Positions 25,045-38,190 of a stretch of DNA of 64,000 nt are shown one piece after another. Origin of the DNA: Mobula hypostoma. Taxonomy: Eukaryota. Below the pieces are notes generated by a model, which saw nothing but the letters and a program-made list of their open reading frames with translations, did not search any database and was not told the origin of the DNA. Location: positions 159,838,001 through 159,902,000 of the forward strand of contig NC_086097.1 of assembly GCF_963921235.1 (NCBI RefSeq), read 5' to 3'. The translations under genes and the position numbers were made by a program. Each line of letters opens with the position of its first letter. The stretch's first letter is position 1.

Positions 25045-27310
25045 AGACACCAGAGACAGCAGATGCTGGAATCTGGAGCAACACACAATCTGTTAGAAGA
25101 ACTTAATGTGTTGAGCAGCACCAATGGGAGCAAATAAACTGTCAACATTTCGGGCTGAAACCGTGCATGACGATTAAAAGGACAGGGCAATATTGTGGGC
25201 CGAAGGGCCTGTACAGTGCTGTAATGTTCTTTGTTCTCTGCTTCACATTCTATATTCTACATACCACCTTCTATGACTGAGAGTAGAGGGGTGAAATGGA
25301 CAGCATGGAAAGGAGAAGGAGAGTGGCAAATAAAGAAGGCTGAGGCAATTAATGAAGGTGGCAGTCAGATAGTGCCAGTAGGAGAGGTGAGCAGAGGTGG
25401 ATCTGGTGGATCTGGAGGACTGTGGCAAGTGAATACTATATCGTAGCAGAAAAAGAGAGAAAGGAAGAAGGGAAAAACAGACGGAGCAGGTTTGGTAAGT
25501 TGGTTGAGAAGACAGGTGACAATTGATAGATGGAGATAAACAGGAAGATCGATACTGGAATCTGGTATGTGAGAGAGGTGAGAATGGGGATCATTAGAGG
25601 AGATGGGAGAGGTGAACAGCAAATGGAACCAGATAGCTGGTGAGAGTGGAAGGGAAGGGGAAAAGGTGGATGGAGGCCCAATTTGAAGAAGGAGTGGCAA
25701 TGGGCAGTGGGACTGGGGATAAAAGCGGAAGGGCTGGAGGTTCAGAAGTTGGGAGGGGGGGTATAAAGGGAAAATTAAAAAAGAAAAATGAAAAAATAAA
25801 ATTGATAAACACAACATTCATGCTTTTTTATTGTAGACTACAAGTGGCTCCCGTTTTCCAAATGTTCGCTTTAGGACACCTCGCTGTTACGAAAGACCTA
25901 CATTAGTTACTTGTTTTCGCTAATAGAAGGTGTTTTCGCTATTACTTAAAAAGGCAGCGCAAGCCCGAACAGCCAAGCTCCTCCCCTGGAACTGCATTCT
26001 AGCTGGCATTGCTTAGACACGTGCTTTATCTCGATTTATTTTGTGCATCTGTTAGCAAGATGAGTTCTAAGGTATCGAAAAAACCTAAAAGAGCTCGTAA
26101 AGGTATTACACTTAGCATAAAACTAGACATAATTAAGCATTTGGATCGTGGTGAATGAAGTAAGGACATTGTCCCCTCGTTGAACATGCCTGCGTCCACC
26201 ATTCACACTATTAATACACATAGAGAAAGAATTTTGAAAGCTGCCGATGTTACTGTTAGTTCTGCTCGTAGCAAAGTGGTCTCTCTTAGTCGGCATCCAA
26301 TAATGGATAAAATGGAAAGTCTATTGCTTGAGTAGATTGATGGGTGTACAAAGCGCGGTGTTCCGTTAAGTTTTCTTATACTTAAAGAGAAATCAGTCAT
26401 GCTTTTTAATAAGCTGAAACAGAAAGCACTGGACGATGGTGATGAAAGTGTTGCAAAAGTGGAATTTCAAGGTAGTCATGGGTGGTTTGATCAGTTTCTG
26501 AGGCGAGGGCAGCTTCATAGTTTAAGCAGTGGTTCCCAACGTCCGGGCCGCGGACCGATACATTGCTGCAAAGAATGCAGGGGTGCAGCGGTAGTTGGAA
26601 CGCACCCAGCACATCCTGAAGAAAAAAGACAAAATGAACAAGCTAATTAATTGGGTGCTGCCCAGCACGTAAATGTCAGCCCAGATCAGAAGTGATTGCT
26701 GATTGCGTCAGGTGGTTATTCGTATGAGCAAGTGTTTAACTGTGATGAAACTGCAATTTATTGGAGTCTTCCCAATTCCGGTAAGTGAAACTACACTGTA
26801 CATACATTATTTCTACTTTATATAGACTGTGTATTTTATGTGTTTTTTGGTATGATTTGGCAGCTTCATAGCTTAAAGGTGAGAGAGTGTTTCTGCCAAG
26901 AACGCTTCCGTGAGATTTTCACTGCACTAGACAGTGCTGCAGTAAAGTATTTCTACTTTATATAGGTTGTGTATTTATCATATCATTCCTGTTTTTACTA
27001 TCTGTTACTGTTTTAGGTTTTATGTGTTATTTGGCATGATTTTGTAGGTTATTTTTTGGGTCTGGGAACTCTCAAAATTTTTTCCCATATTAATAAACGG
27101 TAATTGCTTATTCACTTTACGACATTCTGGCTTACGAACTGTTTCAAAGGAACGCTCTACCTTCGGATAGCGGGGGGAAACCTGTACCCAGATAAAATGT
27201 AAGGTATTGCTGCAGCTGCTTGCATTGAGTTTCATCCTGTCAGTAGAGAAGGCCAAGGATTTATAGGTTCGGTGTGGGAATGGGGAGGGAAGTTGAAATG
27301 GTCTGCACAC
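25045..27310 (-). mobile_element. Degenerate Penelope-like element split by a Tigger insertion
   Basis: pLTR at 25045-25180, purine-rich tract, GIY-YIG tail ending ..TGTAGACTA at 25840 and resuming CCCAGA.. at 27187. Confidence 0.65.
25841..27184 (+). mobile_element. Tigger/pogo DNA transposon, internally deleted
   Basis: TA-flanked imperfect TIRs CAAGTGGCTCCCG / CGGGGGGAAACCTG; from ATG 26060 a CENP-B-type HTH (MSSKVSKKPKRARKGITLSIKLDII...EFQGSHGWFDQF) with stops; QVFNCDET fragment near 26730. Confidence 0.9.
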
Positions 27311-29399
27311 ATATGCTCATTCTGAAATGGTTAACCCAAGCTCCCGTTTGCAGACTATTTCACTCCCCAAATGACTTGTTCATCCTGCCTGCATTCATCT
27401 CCACCCGCTAAGTTTTTCCAGCAGACTGAGTGTTGCATTATCTTTATTATCATGTTAAAGGACTCCTAAAGTAGTGCTTGAGGTCTATAGAACTCTAAGG
27501 AAGATTGTAAATTACCTTTGCAGTACAGAATCCCTAATCTGCTTCCATCGATCCTATCTATGAGGGTCAGGGCATTCTGTAGCTATTGCGGAACACTAGC
27601 ATTGGGATTCCTTCCATCCACTCTAGCCATCAAGTACACAAGTATAAAGCACATTTCAAACAGGGAAAGGAATTTACAAAGTGATTCTAGATGGGGGAAC
27701 GGTTCTAACAAAATCACCCATTGCACCGCTCTGTCAACTCCTCTCAAGATGAGAGTGGACTGGAGCAATCAATCTTCTGGACAAGAGGGGAATGTAAAGA
27801 GCATGTTAGGATGCATTTCAAAGAGAAAAAAAAACAGCAAAGACAAACCTCCTGTGCTTAGTCAATGGATTCAAATAATTACTTTGTATTTTCCGCTTAA
27901 GCTCAGATGCATAGTTCATCATTTACAATATTTCCTAAAGGATTGCAATCAAGGTGTGAAAAGGCTGATTGATAGGAAATATAATTAAGGCTGAGGGTCA
28001 ATAGCATCAAGAAAGCAGATTGATTTCAAACTTTGTTTTCTTCATGTGTGTACACATTGACTGAATGGCCAGTTCATCATGTTGCTTGAAGGACATGTTT
28101 TTTTTATCAGTTTACTTTGAACAAGGAATAAAAGAAGTTAAATTTAGTAATTATTTGTGGACAGTAATTTTGCCCTAATTTCAAGTAATTTAATTTATTT
28201 GATTTATTCCAATGCTGAATATCAAGCACAGCACTATGGAGGTAGTGCATAAATGTTGGTAATCTATTGTACTCCCAGAGAGATGTAGGAAACTTGTGAT
28301 GTAAAAAAACTATTCATTCTCAGACTGTGCGTGCCTCCACAATTATTTATTGCCCCTCAGCTGACAGTGTCACCTCACTGGAGGGTCTAGAATCACACAC
28401 ACAGACCGGACCAGATAAGATGAGAGGTTTCCTTCACAGAGAGATAATAGTGAACTGATTGGATTTTTATAACAATCTGTTGGCTTTGTAGTTAATGTTT
28501 CACAGACTACATTTATTTTGAACAATTGTGGATATGCTTATTTCCTTGTAAAGTATCCAAGCTGTTCAATGCTAGAATTCAAACTAATGTCTCTGGATCA
28601 CTGGTTCAAAACCAACAATACTGCTCCAGTGATTTAACCACTATCATATGTTACTGCGTTTTCTTGTTACTTATATTAGTGGATTTACCCAGTGATTAGC
28701 TCAATCCAGGTTCCTTTGTCCGATTTCATTCTAATATTTCTGACAGAACAGTACTGCAGACTGGTTGATTCCTGTGGTATGCAGATTGCCCTGTGAATGA
28801 AGATTGAAATGTTCCAAAGAATTGGAGATATGATATTAAGTCATACACCATTCTGAAAGGCATTGACAGGGCAGAAGTCGAGACGCAGTTCTGTCTAGCT
28901 GGAGAGTCTTAGACAAATCTTCTTTTTATGGGTTGACTGAGAGGAGGAGAAATTTCATTAGACAGGGACTGCAAACCATAGTAATTCTTTATCATGTGTG
29001 TTGTGGGTGCTTATTTTTTGATTTCCATCAAGGCACTGATGGATTTTTAATAACAAGGAAATTAGTTTATATTAGAATTGGATGTGAAAATGGATAAGGC
29101 ACAAGAGCAGTCAAGATATTGAATAATAGAACAGGCTCAAACGGACTAAAGGCTTTTTTTTAAGTTTATACTGTGATGTTTCAGATATCTTCCCTCCTCT
29201 CTCTTGCAGAGATTGCTTCTTTCAAGCTTGCTCTTCACTTCTCTCCTAGAACTTGTAAACTTACAGGGAACAGTCTCAGTGGTTCTTGGTAGAGCAAAGA
29301 ATGAAACGTGTTGTCCCTATCAATAATAGTCTTCAAAATGAAATAATATGCCTTTTTTGGCCTAAATGGCAATAAACTCAAGTAAGAAATCTTAGATTA

Positions 29400-30290
29400 A
29401 TAGAGCACTACAGCACAGAAACAGATCCTGTAGCCCATCTAGACCATGTTGCACCATTATTCTGTCTAGCCTGATTGAACTTCACGTGGACCTGAGCCCT
29501 GCATACTCCTCCCATCCACCCACATATCCAAACCTCTTAAATGTTGCATTGGAACCCACATGCAGCTCCAATGGCAGCTTGTTCCATACTCATATCCTGT
29601 GAGTGAAGAAGTTCCCCCTTGGGTCCCCTTAAACATTTCACCTTTCACCCTTAATCTATGATCTCTAGTTCTATTCTTACCTAACCTCAGTGGAAAATTC
29701 CTGCTTGTATTTACCCTGACTATACTGATCATACAGTAATTTTGTATCCCTCTAACAAATCTCCTCTCATTCTCCTATGCTCTAGGAAATAAAGTTCTAA
29801 CTTATTCACCCTTTCCATATGACTCAGGTCCTCAAGTTCCAGCTATATTCTTGTAAATTTTATCTGTACTCTTTCAATCTTCTTAATATCCTTTCTGTAT
29901 GTAGGTAACTAGAACTACACACAAAACTCCAAATTTGGTCTCACTAATATCTTACACAACTTCAACATAACATCTCAACTCCTGGATTTAGCATTTTGAT
30001 TTTTGAAGGCCAATCTGTTGAAATAAGCCTATCTGCTTGTGACAGCTCTTTCAAGGAATTATGGATCTGTATATCCTGATCCCTTCGTTTTACCACACTC
30101 TTCAATACCTTACCATTCACTCTATAAGTCCTACCCTGATTTATCCTCACAAAGTGCAATGTCCCGCATTAAATTCCTTCTGCCATTTTTCCACACATTT
30201 TTTCCAACTGGCCCAGATCAAGCTGCAAGTTTGATATGCTCCCTTGCTGTACATTATACCCCAATCTAAGTGACATCTGCAAAATTTGTT
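29400..30290 (-). mobile_element. CR1 LINE 3' part, degenerate
   Basis: Minus ORFs KWQKEFNAGHC, TRDHRLRVKGEMFKG. Confidence 0.8.
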
Positions 30291-31164
30291 AATGACTTCA
30301 GGATCAGAGCAAAGAATTTCAGAGAAACAAACAAAAAATGTTTTATACAAGCCATCCAAAAGGGACAACAATAAGGTGAAAAATAACAACTGTCTGCATG
30401 GATAGCAAATGTTTAGGTAATCTTATCCTTTTCATCATTCTTCCGAGGGAAGAGAGATTGATCAATTGGTAATACATTAATATTGGATTGGTAACTGTTT
30501 TTATCTCTCCTACAGCAGCACTACAATAAAAGACTAGATGTCAATTTTTCTTGCTATTTGATGGAAACAAAACAAAAACAAGTCATTCAAGTCATGAAGC
30601 ATGCTTTGCCATTTATTAAGCCTTTCAAGGTTTATTTGTAAAAGTTTAATCTTCTGTATAAGTTCATGTTCATTCCTGCCAACTTTACTCCTCAAATAAT
30701 TGCCCTATCCCTTTCAAACACATCAATTGTATTGTTACAAGATTAACACTGAATTTTCCTTGGATTAGATTATATCTGGTTTGGTTCATATTCTAAGGTC
30801 ATATCACAAAGGGAGATCTCATTGCTTATTTAAACTGCCAAGACCAGATATTATCTTAACTGATATTGGATGCTGTATTATAGTGGCTTGGTTACTGTGC
30901 TTGTTATCCATTATTTGGGACTGATGAACTAGGGGTCTAAATTCCAATCCTGCCAAAACAAGTGTTGAATTTATAATAGCCAATTAAATTATGGAAGTAA
31001 AAGAAAACCAGGATAGATGACCACAGAATTATGTCATTACTGTAAGTAAAACAGAGATGACACTTAGAAATGGAAAACTAGCAATCTCACTGTGTATGTG
31101 ATCCAGGCCCATCAGAATGTGACTTTAAATAAGCTAACAAGCTATGAACTTCAAGGCCAATTGT

Positions 31165-31690
31165 TCAAAGTTCAAAGTAAATTTATTACCAGATTATATA
31201 TATGTCATCATATACAAACCTGAGATTTGTTATCTTGTACATACTCAGCAAATCTATAGAATAGTAGCTATAACAGAATCAATGAAAGACAGAGTGCTGA
31301 GGACAACACACTGTACAAATGTAAGTATAAATAAATAGCAATAAATAATGAGAACATCAAATACCAAGATAAAGAGTCTTTAAAGTGAGATCATTGGTTG
31401 TGAGAACATCTCAATGGATAGGCAAGTGAGTTATCCATATTGCTCAAGAACCTGATGTGGGGTAGTAACTCTTCTTGAGCCTGGTGATGTGAGTCCTGAG
31501 GCTCTTCTACCTTTTTCCTGATAGCAGCAGTGAGAAAAGAGCATAGCTTGGGTGGTGAGGATCTCTGATGATGGATGCTGCTTTCCATGACAGCATTTCA
31601 TGTAGATGTGCTCAGTGGTTGGGAGGGTTTTAACTGTGAAGTACTGAGCCAAATCCATTACCTTTTGAGAGATTTTGTAGATTCTGTGGA
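31165..31690 (-). mobile_element. Rex1/Babar-type LINE 3' part
   Basis: Minus ORF QKVMDLAQYFTVKTLPTTEHIYMKCC; TTGAAC tail. Confidence 0.7.
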
Positions 31691-31810
31691 CAGGCAACAG
31701 CTGCTGAATTTATCAGTGGAACTTATCTCCAATGAATGTATAAATAAGAATAAGAAGGAAATATACCCCATTTTCTTTTTACCTGAGTAGAACCTCTGCA
31801 TCTCAGATAT

Positions 31811-31940
31811 GTCCTGATGAAGGGTCTCGGCCCTAAACGTCGACTGTACTTCATCCTCTAGATGCTGCCTGGCCTGCTGCATTCCATCAGCATTTTGTGT
31901 GTGTTGTCTGAATATCCCGCATCTGCAGATTTTCTTGTGT
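31811..31940 (+). mobile_element. Penelope pLTR fragment with a mutated hammerhead core
   Basis: GTC CTGATGA A GGGT CTCG GCCC TAAAC GTC GAC: the invariant GAAA reads TAAA at 31834. Confidence 0.75.
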
Positions 31941-32179
31941 TAGCGTCAACTAACTTGTTGGTGGGCTTTATTCAGCCGTAGCAATAGAAAGAAACTTAAG
32001 CTAAAATTCCTATTCTGTGGAGAATGAAATCATCCCAGGATTCTAATTCTGCATCGACTGATGCACTTGCATATGCTTGTCCACTTTTGAAGGTTGCTTC
32101 TATTGACTTCAAGTGGGGCTGGTTGTGGAGAGGTACATTTGTAACTGTCTTATTGCAAATTGCTTTAATACAAGTTTCC

Positions 32180-33000
32180 CTGGGCAGAGAAGTGGCAAAT
32201 GGACTTCAACCCAGATAAGTGTAAAGTAGTTCATCTTGGTAGGTCAAATTTGAAGACAGAATGTGGTATTAATGGTAAGACTTTTGGCAGTGTGGAGGGT
32301 AGTAAAGATCTAGGGGTCCATGTCCATAGGACACTCAAAGCTGCTGCGCAGGTTCACAGAGTTGTTAAGCAGGCAAATGGTGCATTGGCATTCATCATCC
32401 GTGGGATTGAGTTCAAGAGCCATGAGGTAATGTTACAGCTATGTAAGACCTTGGTCAGACCCCACCTGGAGTACTGTGTTCATTTCCGGTCATCTCACTA
32501 CAGGAAGGATGTTGATACTGTAGAAAGAATGCAGAGAAGATTTACAAAGATGTTACTTGGATTGGAGAGTGTACATTATAAGAGATAGAGTGAACTTGGC
32601 CATTTCTTCTTGGAGCAACAGAGGATGAGAGAAGACCTGAAAGAAGTGTATAAGATGATGAGAGGCATTAATCATGTGGCTAGCCAGAGGCTTTTTCCCA
32701 GTCTGAAATAACCAACAGGATGGGGCATAGTTTTAAGGTGCTTGGAAGTAGGTATTGAGGGATGTCAGGGGTAAGTTTTTCACACAGAGCATGGTGGGTG
32801 TGTGGAATGCACTGCTGGTGTTGGTGGTGGAGCCTAATACTAAAGGGTCTTTTAAGAGACTCTTAGATAGGTACATGGAACTTGGAAAAATAGAGGGTCA
32901 TGCAGTAGCACAATACTTGGCAGTTTCTAGAGTAGGTTACTTGGTCAGTACAACATTGTGGGCTGAAGGGCCTGTAATGTGCTGTAGATTTCTATACTCT
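32180..33000 (+). mobile_element. CR1 LINE 3' part
   Basis: ORF MDFNPDKCKVVHLG...KTLVRPHLEYCVHF. Confidence 0.88.
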
Positions 33001-33399
33001 ATGTATTGGTCTATGCCATAAAGGATGGGAATCCCAGCTTTAATATCTGTTTGCTGAACTGAGCCAGGAGAGGCAAAATGAAGGCATGACTTCCTGTGAG
33101 GTTAAAAGGGGTGCAATATTCATTGGCTAAGGCTAAATGTCATCATGTTTTTGTATATATCTTATGGAACTGGGCATTTCTACAGAAGTACTTTAATAGA
33201 GAATGGCAGAACAGGAGCTAAAGAAACAGAGTTGGAATGGATGTTATTCTGCTCCGTGCTGACTCCCAAGCAAACCCATCTGTTGCATCTCTATGTTGCC
33301 ATGCATCTCTGTTACCAGAAGTCCTCCACAAGTCCATTAGTACCTCTCTGATTAACTTGCCACTGATCTATACCAAAGAAAATTCATCTCCAATCATCT

Positions 33400-34300
33400 C
33401 ACACACACACACTGTTGGAGGAACTCAGCAGGCTAGGCAACATCTATGGAAAAGAGTACAGTTGACATTTCAGGCCGAGACCCCTCATCAGAACTGGTGA
33501 AATAAAAGATGAGGAAACAGACTATGAAGGAAAGGGGAGGAGAGGAAGAAACACAAGGCAATGGATGAAACTGGGAGGGAGGGGGGATGTTGATTAGTGA
33601 AAGAGATTCAGGGCTGGAGAAGAGGGAACCTGATAGGACAGGACAGAAGACCATGGAAGAAAGAAGAGAGGGAGGAGCACTTGCAGGGTTGATGAGGAGG
33701 TAAGGAGATAAGGTGAGAGAGGGAAATGGAATAAGGAATGGTGAAGGAAAGCGAAGGGGATATTACCAGAATATCGAGAAATCGATGTTCATGCCATTAG
33801 GTTGAAGATTACGCAGACAGAATATAAGGTGTTGCTCCTCCATCCTGAGTGTAGCCTCATTGCGACAGTAGAGGAGGCCATGGATTGACGTATCAGAATG
33901 GGAATGGGAAGTGGAATTAAAATTGTTGGCCATTGGGAGATCCCATTTTTTCTGGCGGAGGGAGTGTAAATGCTTGGCAAAACGACTCCAATATACAGGA
34001 GGCCAAACTGGGAGCACCGGATACAGTAGATGACCCCAATGGACTCACAGGTGGAGTGTCGCTTCACCTGGAAAAATTGTTGGGGGCCCTGAATGATAGT
34101 GAGGGAGGAGATGTAGGGGCAGGTGTACCACTTGTTCTGCTTGCAAAGATAAGTGCCAGGAGGGAGATCAGTGGGGAGGGACGAATGGACAAGGGAGTCA
34201 CTTAGGGATCCCTGTGGAAAGCAGAAAGTGGGGAGGGGGGAAATGTGTTTGGTGGTGGGATCCCTTTGGGGATGGTGGAAGTTATGAAGAATTATGTGTT
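33400..34300 (-). mobile_element. Penelope-like element 3' part (GIY-YIG + pLTR)
   Basis: Minus ORFs TCESIGVIYCIRCSQFGLLYIG and EEQHLIFCL..LQPNGMNIDFS. Confidence 0.88.
33459..33496 (-). ncRNA. Minimal type I hammerhead ribozyme motif (best-preserved copy)
   Basis: Minus strand: CAGTT CTGATGA G GGGT CTCG GCCT GAAA T GTC AACTG; perfect 5-bp stem I, CUGAUGA/GAAA core, GUC cleavage triplet. Confidence 0.65.
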
Positions 34301-36484
34301 GGATTTGAGGTATTTGCAGATTTTCTCTTGTTTGTCATCTACAATCATGTTTTGGGATATGAAAGAAAACTGAAGCCCACAGCAGAAACCCCAAGAAACA
34401 CAAAATGAAGATGTAAACTCCACATTCCAACTAAAGCTGCACTAATTTCTGCATCACTGCCTTTCAAGTGACTGTAGTAAAATCCACATTTCACTTATTT
34501 CCTTGTTAACTTGTTGTAACTGTAGAATTTCTATTGCCACCACTGTGTCAGCAAATGTTTCCATTAGAAGTTATTTTTACAGGAAAATAAGACAAGTTGC
34601 TCCACAGAGCCTATTTAAATAGCGCATAATTGCAAACCAAGTCTATTTAGAAGGAGACCTACATGATAAGAAATTATCATTAGCTTTCCTGATAAAAACA
34701 CACTAACTTGTTCGACAAAATTCAGGGAATGAAGTATAGTTTATATGCTAATGATGTGTACAAATTTGGTCCCAGTCATCTATAGCAATGTAACCCTCTG
34801 CACAATATAAAGGACTAATTGACTCAGTCAAATCCATTCAGACCAGAACCAGTGTTTTATAAAGCGTAGCTTCCGATTTGTTGTAACCATTAAAGTCATC
34901 GATTCCGAAAACTGGGAAAATAAGGAAGACTTTTATTTTATAGCCTCTTATGACTTCAGAATAGTCCACATTGTTTTACACTCAATTAGATTTTATTGAA
35001 GTGAATGTAATGTTGAAACAAGTGAGAAAATGGCAGGTAAGTTCCACAAACAACAATGGGGGAGAAAGTAATTTGTAGATTTTTTGTGGTATTTGTTTTG
35101 ATATACTTGTTCAGGACACAGAGTGGAGGAAATAGTTAACTTCTCTGCTCATTAGAATGCTACCTTGGCAACATTCATATCTACTTGAGAGAGCAGATGG
35201 GACTTAGTCTCAATACTTCATCCAAAAAATTGCTAGATCTCACTGTGTAACATTCCTTCCGTACAACACTGGAGTTTTAGTCTTTTTTATGCATAGGCAT
35301 TTGGAGTGGGCCTTAAACCAATAACTTTCTGAACTGGAACTTGGACATGGACCAGATCAAGGAAAGCAAAGCCAATAAAGAAAGAGTGGAGAGAGAGAGA
35401 AGGAAAAGTGTTTATGACATCAATAAAAGTATCTATGGGTGAATCAAAGGAATTAATAGGTGTCATGTTAGTACCATGAGCATCGTGAGCCCCATTTTTA
35501 GACAGACGTTCAAGTGGTCGTGAAATGGGTGAGAGGATGTACAGCTACAAAGGACTGCATATTGCCTGACAGCATATATTTTGCTAATATACACAAGCTT
35601 TGGCATACTCACTGGAATCTTGAAGAATGAGAGATGGTTTCATTCAAATATATACTGCATAGTCTGATTGAAATTGACTGGGCACGTATCAAAAGGCTGA
35701 TGTTCTAGCTGAAGGGTCTTGGAGGAAGGGTATAATCTCAAGATAAGATGCTGTTCATGTAGTATTGAAATTAGAAGAAATGGCTTTTGCAAATATTTGT
35801 AGTCTTTCAGACCTTCTGCCTCTGAGAATAGTGGATGATTGCTTACACATTATATTCAGAACTGAGATAGAGTCATATACTACTACAGCCCAGAAGTAGG
35901 TGTAATTGTCCATGTTGAACTGTTATGATGCCTAGTCCCATTGACCCACACTTGGACCAAAGCCCTCAATATCTCTCCCATCCACGTACTTACCCAAACT
36001 TTTCTTAAATGTTGCAATCAAATCTTTGTCATTGAAACACTGGTTATAGTCAGTGGCTGGAAGACCAAGAAGAGTTTATTCGCCTCTCTCCACCACTTCC
36101 GTTGGCCACTTATTCCACACTTACACCACTCATTGATTGAAAAAGTTCCCCTTAAATATTTCACTTTTCACTCTTAACCTATGACCTCTAGAGCTTTACA
36201 TTTTTTTTGATCTATAGACTTTTGAATGCAGTGGGAATCAAAGACTTTGGTGATCAGACAGTCATGCAGACTAGAGTTTTAAGATTTACAGTGATTCTAT
36301 TGGATGACAGAATGGGTACAAAAGACTTTATTTAATTTGCTGACAATCCTTAGTTTTATTTTGCCTTTGCTTCTTCCACTTTAAATTAGATAACCCCTCC
36401 CTCTCCTCCCCCATTGTGTGACTTGGGAGGAGAGCCCTTCATACTGTATATTTTTCCTTCCTCTGGTCATTTCTATTAATGTCA

Positions 36485-36640
36485 ACAAAACAAACTGCTG
36501 GAAGAACTCACCAGTTCAAATAGCATCTGTGAAGGTAAAGCGTTAGTTAATGTTTCGGCTTTTGACCTGAAACATCAACTACCCTTTTGCTTTCACAGAA
36601 ATTGCTTGATCCACTGCTTTTCTTCAACAGTTTGTTTTGT
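36485..36640. repeat. ~155-bp inverted repeat of two head-to-head pLTR halves
   Basis: Arms ~36485-36558 and ~36566-36640 (ACAAAACAAACTG.. / ..CAGTTTGTTTTGT). Confidence 0.75.
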
Positions 36641-37385
36641 ATTCCAGATTCCAGCATCTTCAGTCCCTTTTATTTCTATTCATTTCAAACTGCTGTTCAG
36701 TCCAAGTGAGAATCAATTGATTACTACATCTGGAGGAAGAAGTCATTTTGTCCTGAGAGTGTTGGCTGACTGCTGTTAGACTTCCTTCAAGCGTGGTCGC
36801 AGGTGCAGTGTTCTGCTGTTTACACAGCTCCCAACACGTTCATGTACTGTGCAGTCTAGAACTTGTCTTAATGCAAGCAGTCACCCAGACGCATGTAAAA
36901 GGTTCTGATAATCATTGAAGCCTTGTCCCTATATTCGATTTGACATTTGCCATAGTTAGTGTTGTTATTGAATGTCTCTGAATATCTTCAACATTTAATC
37001 CATTTAGAATTGCTTGTGACCGATTAAAAAGTAAACAAAAAATATTAAAATTAGTGAAAAGAAAATGTTCTACCATAATGTTTCAATCTTTCAATTTTCT
37101 TGTCAATAATATAAATTTTAAAGAAATTAATATTAAAGAGGCTAATTTTCAATTGAAAAGAACTAAAGATCATTTACCAGCCATATCTCAGGAAATGAAG
37201 TTACCTTTGTCCAAATAGTTGACTTCACCTGTTCATTTTAATGAGAATGACCTTGGTGTGATCTGCAGAGAGATTTCCCAGTGTGAGTGCAGGGAAATCT
37301 GTAGAATGTCCCAGAGAAACTGCTGCTGCTGGAACCTGGAGCAATAATATGCTGGAGGAACTTGGTGTGTTGAACAGCATCCATG

Positions 37386-38190
37386 AACATACAAGAACAT
37401 AAGAAATAGGAGCAGGAGTAGGCCATCCAGCCCATCAAGCCTGCCCCGCCATTCAATAAGATCATGGTTGATCTGTCCGTAAACTCAGCTCCATCTACCT
37501 GCCTTTTCCCCATAACCCTTAATTCCCCTACTATGTAAAAATCTATCTAACTGTATCTTAAATATATTTAGTGAAGAAGCCTCAGATGCTTTCCTGGGCA
37601 GAGAATTCCACAGATTCACCACCTCTGGGAAAAACAGTTTCTCCTCATCTCTGTCCTAAATCTTCTCCCCTGAATCTTGAGGCAATGTCCCCTAGTTCTT
37701 GTCTCATCTACCAATGGAGACAAATTTCCTGCTTCTACCTTATCTATCCCTTTCAAAATTTTGTATGTTTCTATAAGATCCCCTCTCATTCTTCTGAATT
37801 CCAGAAAGTATAGTCCCAGGCAACTCAATCTCTCCTCATAGGTTAACCCCTTCATCTCTGGAATCAAACTGGTGAACCTCCTCTGCACTGCCTCCAAAGC
37901 CAGTATATCCTTCAAGTACGGAGACCAGAACTGCACACAGTACTCCGGGTGCGGCCTCACCAGTACCCTGTATAGTTGCAGCATGACCTCCCTGCTCTAG
38001 AATTCAATCCCTCTAGCAATGAGGGCCAACATTCCATTTGCCTTTTAAATAACCTGTTGTACCTGCAAGCCAACTTTTTGCGGTTCATGCACTAGCACTC
38101 CCAAGTCCCTTTGCACAACAGCATGCTGCAATCTTTCACCATTTAAATAATAATCTGCTCTTGTATTATTCCTTCCAAAGTGGATGACTT
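37386..38190 (-). mobile_element. CR1 LINE 3' part, well preserved, inserted into an inverted pLTR pair
   Basis: ORF 37616-37984 LYRVLVRPHPEYCVQFWSP..RRMRGDLIETYK; pLTR halves at 37310-37385 and 38195-38300. Confidence 0.9.

Noticed and set aside
25275..25830. Purine-rich tract giving Pro/Leu/Ser-rich ORFs (also 44549-44969 and 22004-22313)
   Set aside because: Low-complexity Penelope 3' region; a compositional artefact.
27518..27988. 156-aa ORF in non-repeat DNA
   Set aside because: No recognisable motif or consistent splice boundaries; the minus-strand exon candidate tested has stops in all frames.
34790..34915. Strong minus-strand acceptor (GTCTTCCTTATTTTCCCAG) followed by a short frame
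   Set aside because: The frames stop early, no good donor, and the LYKTLV motif suggests CR1 debris.
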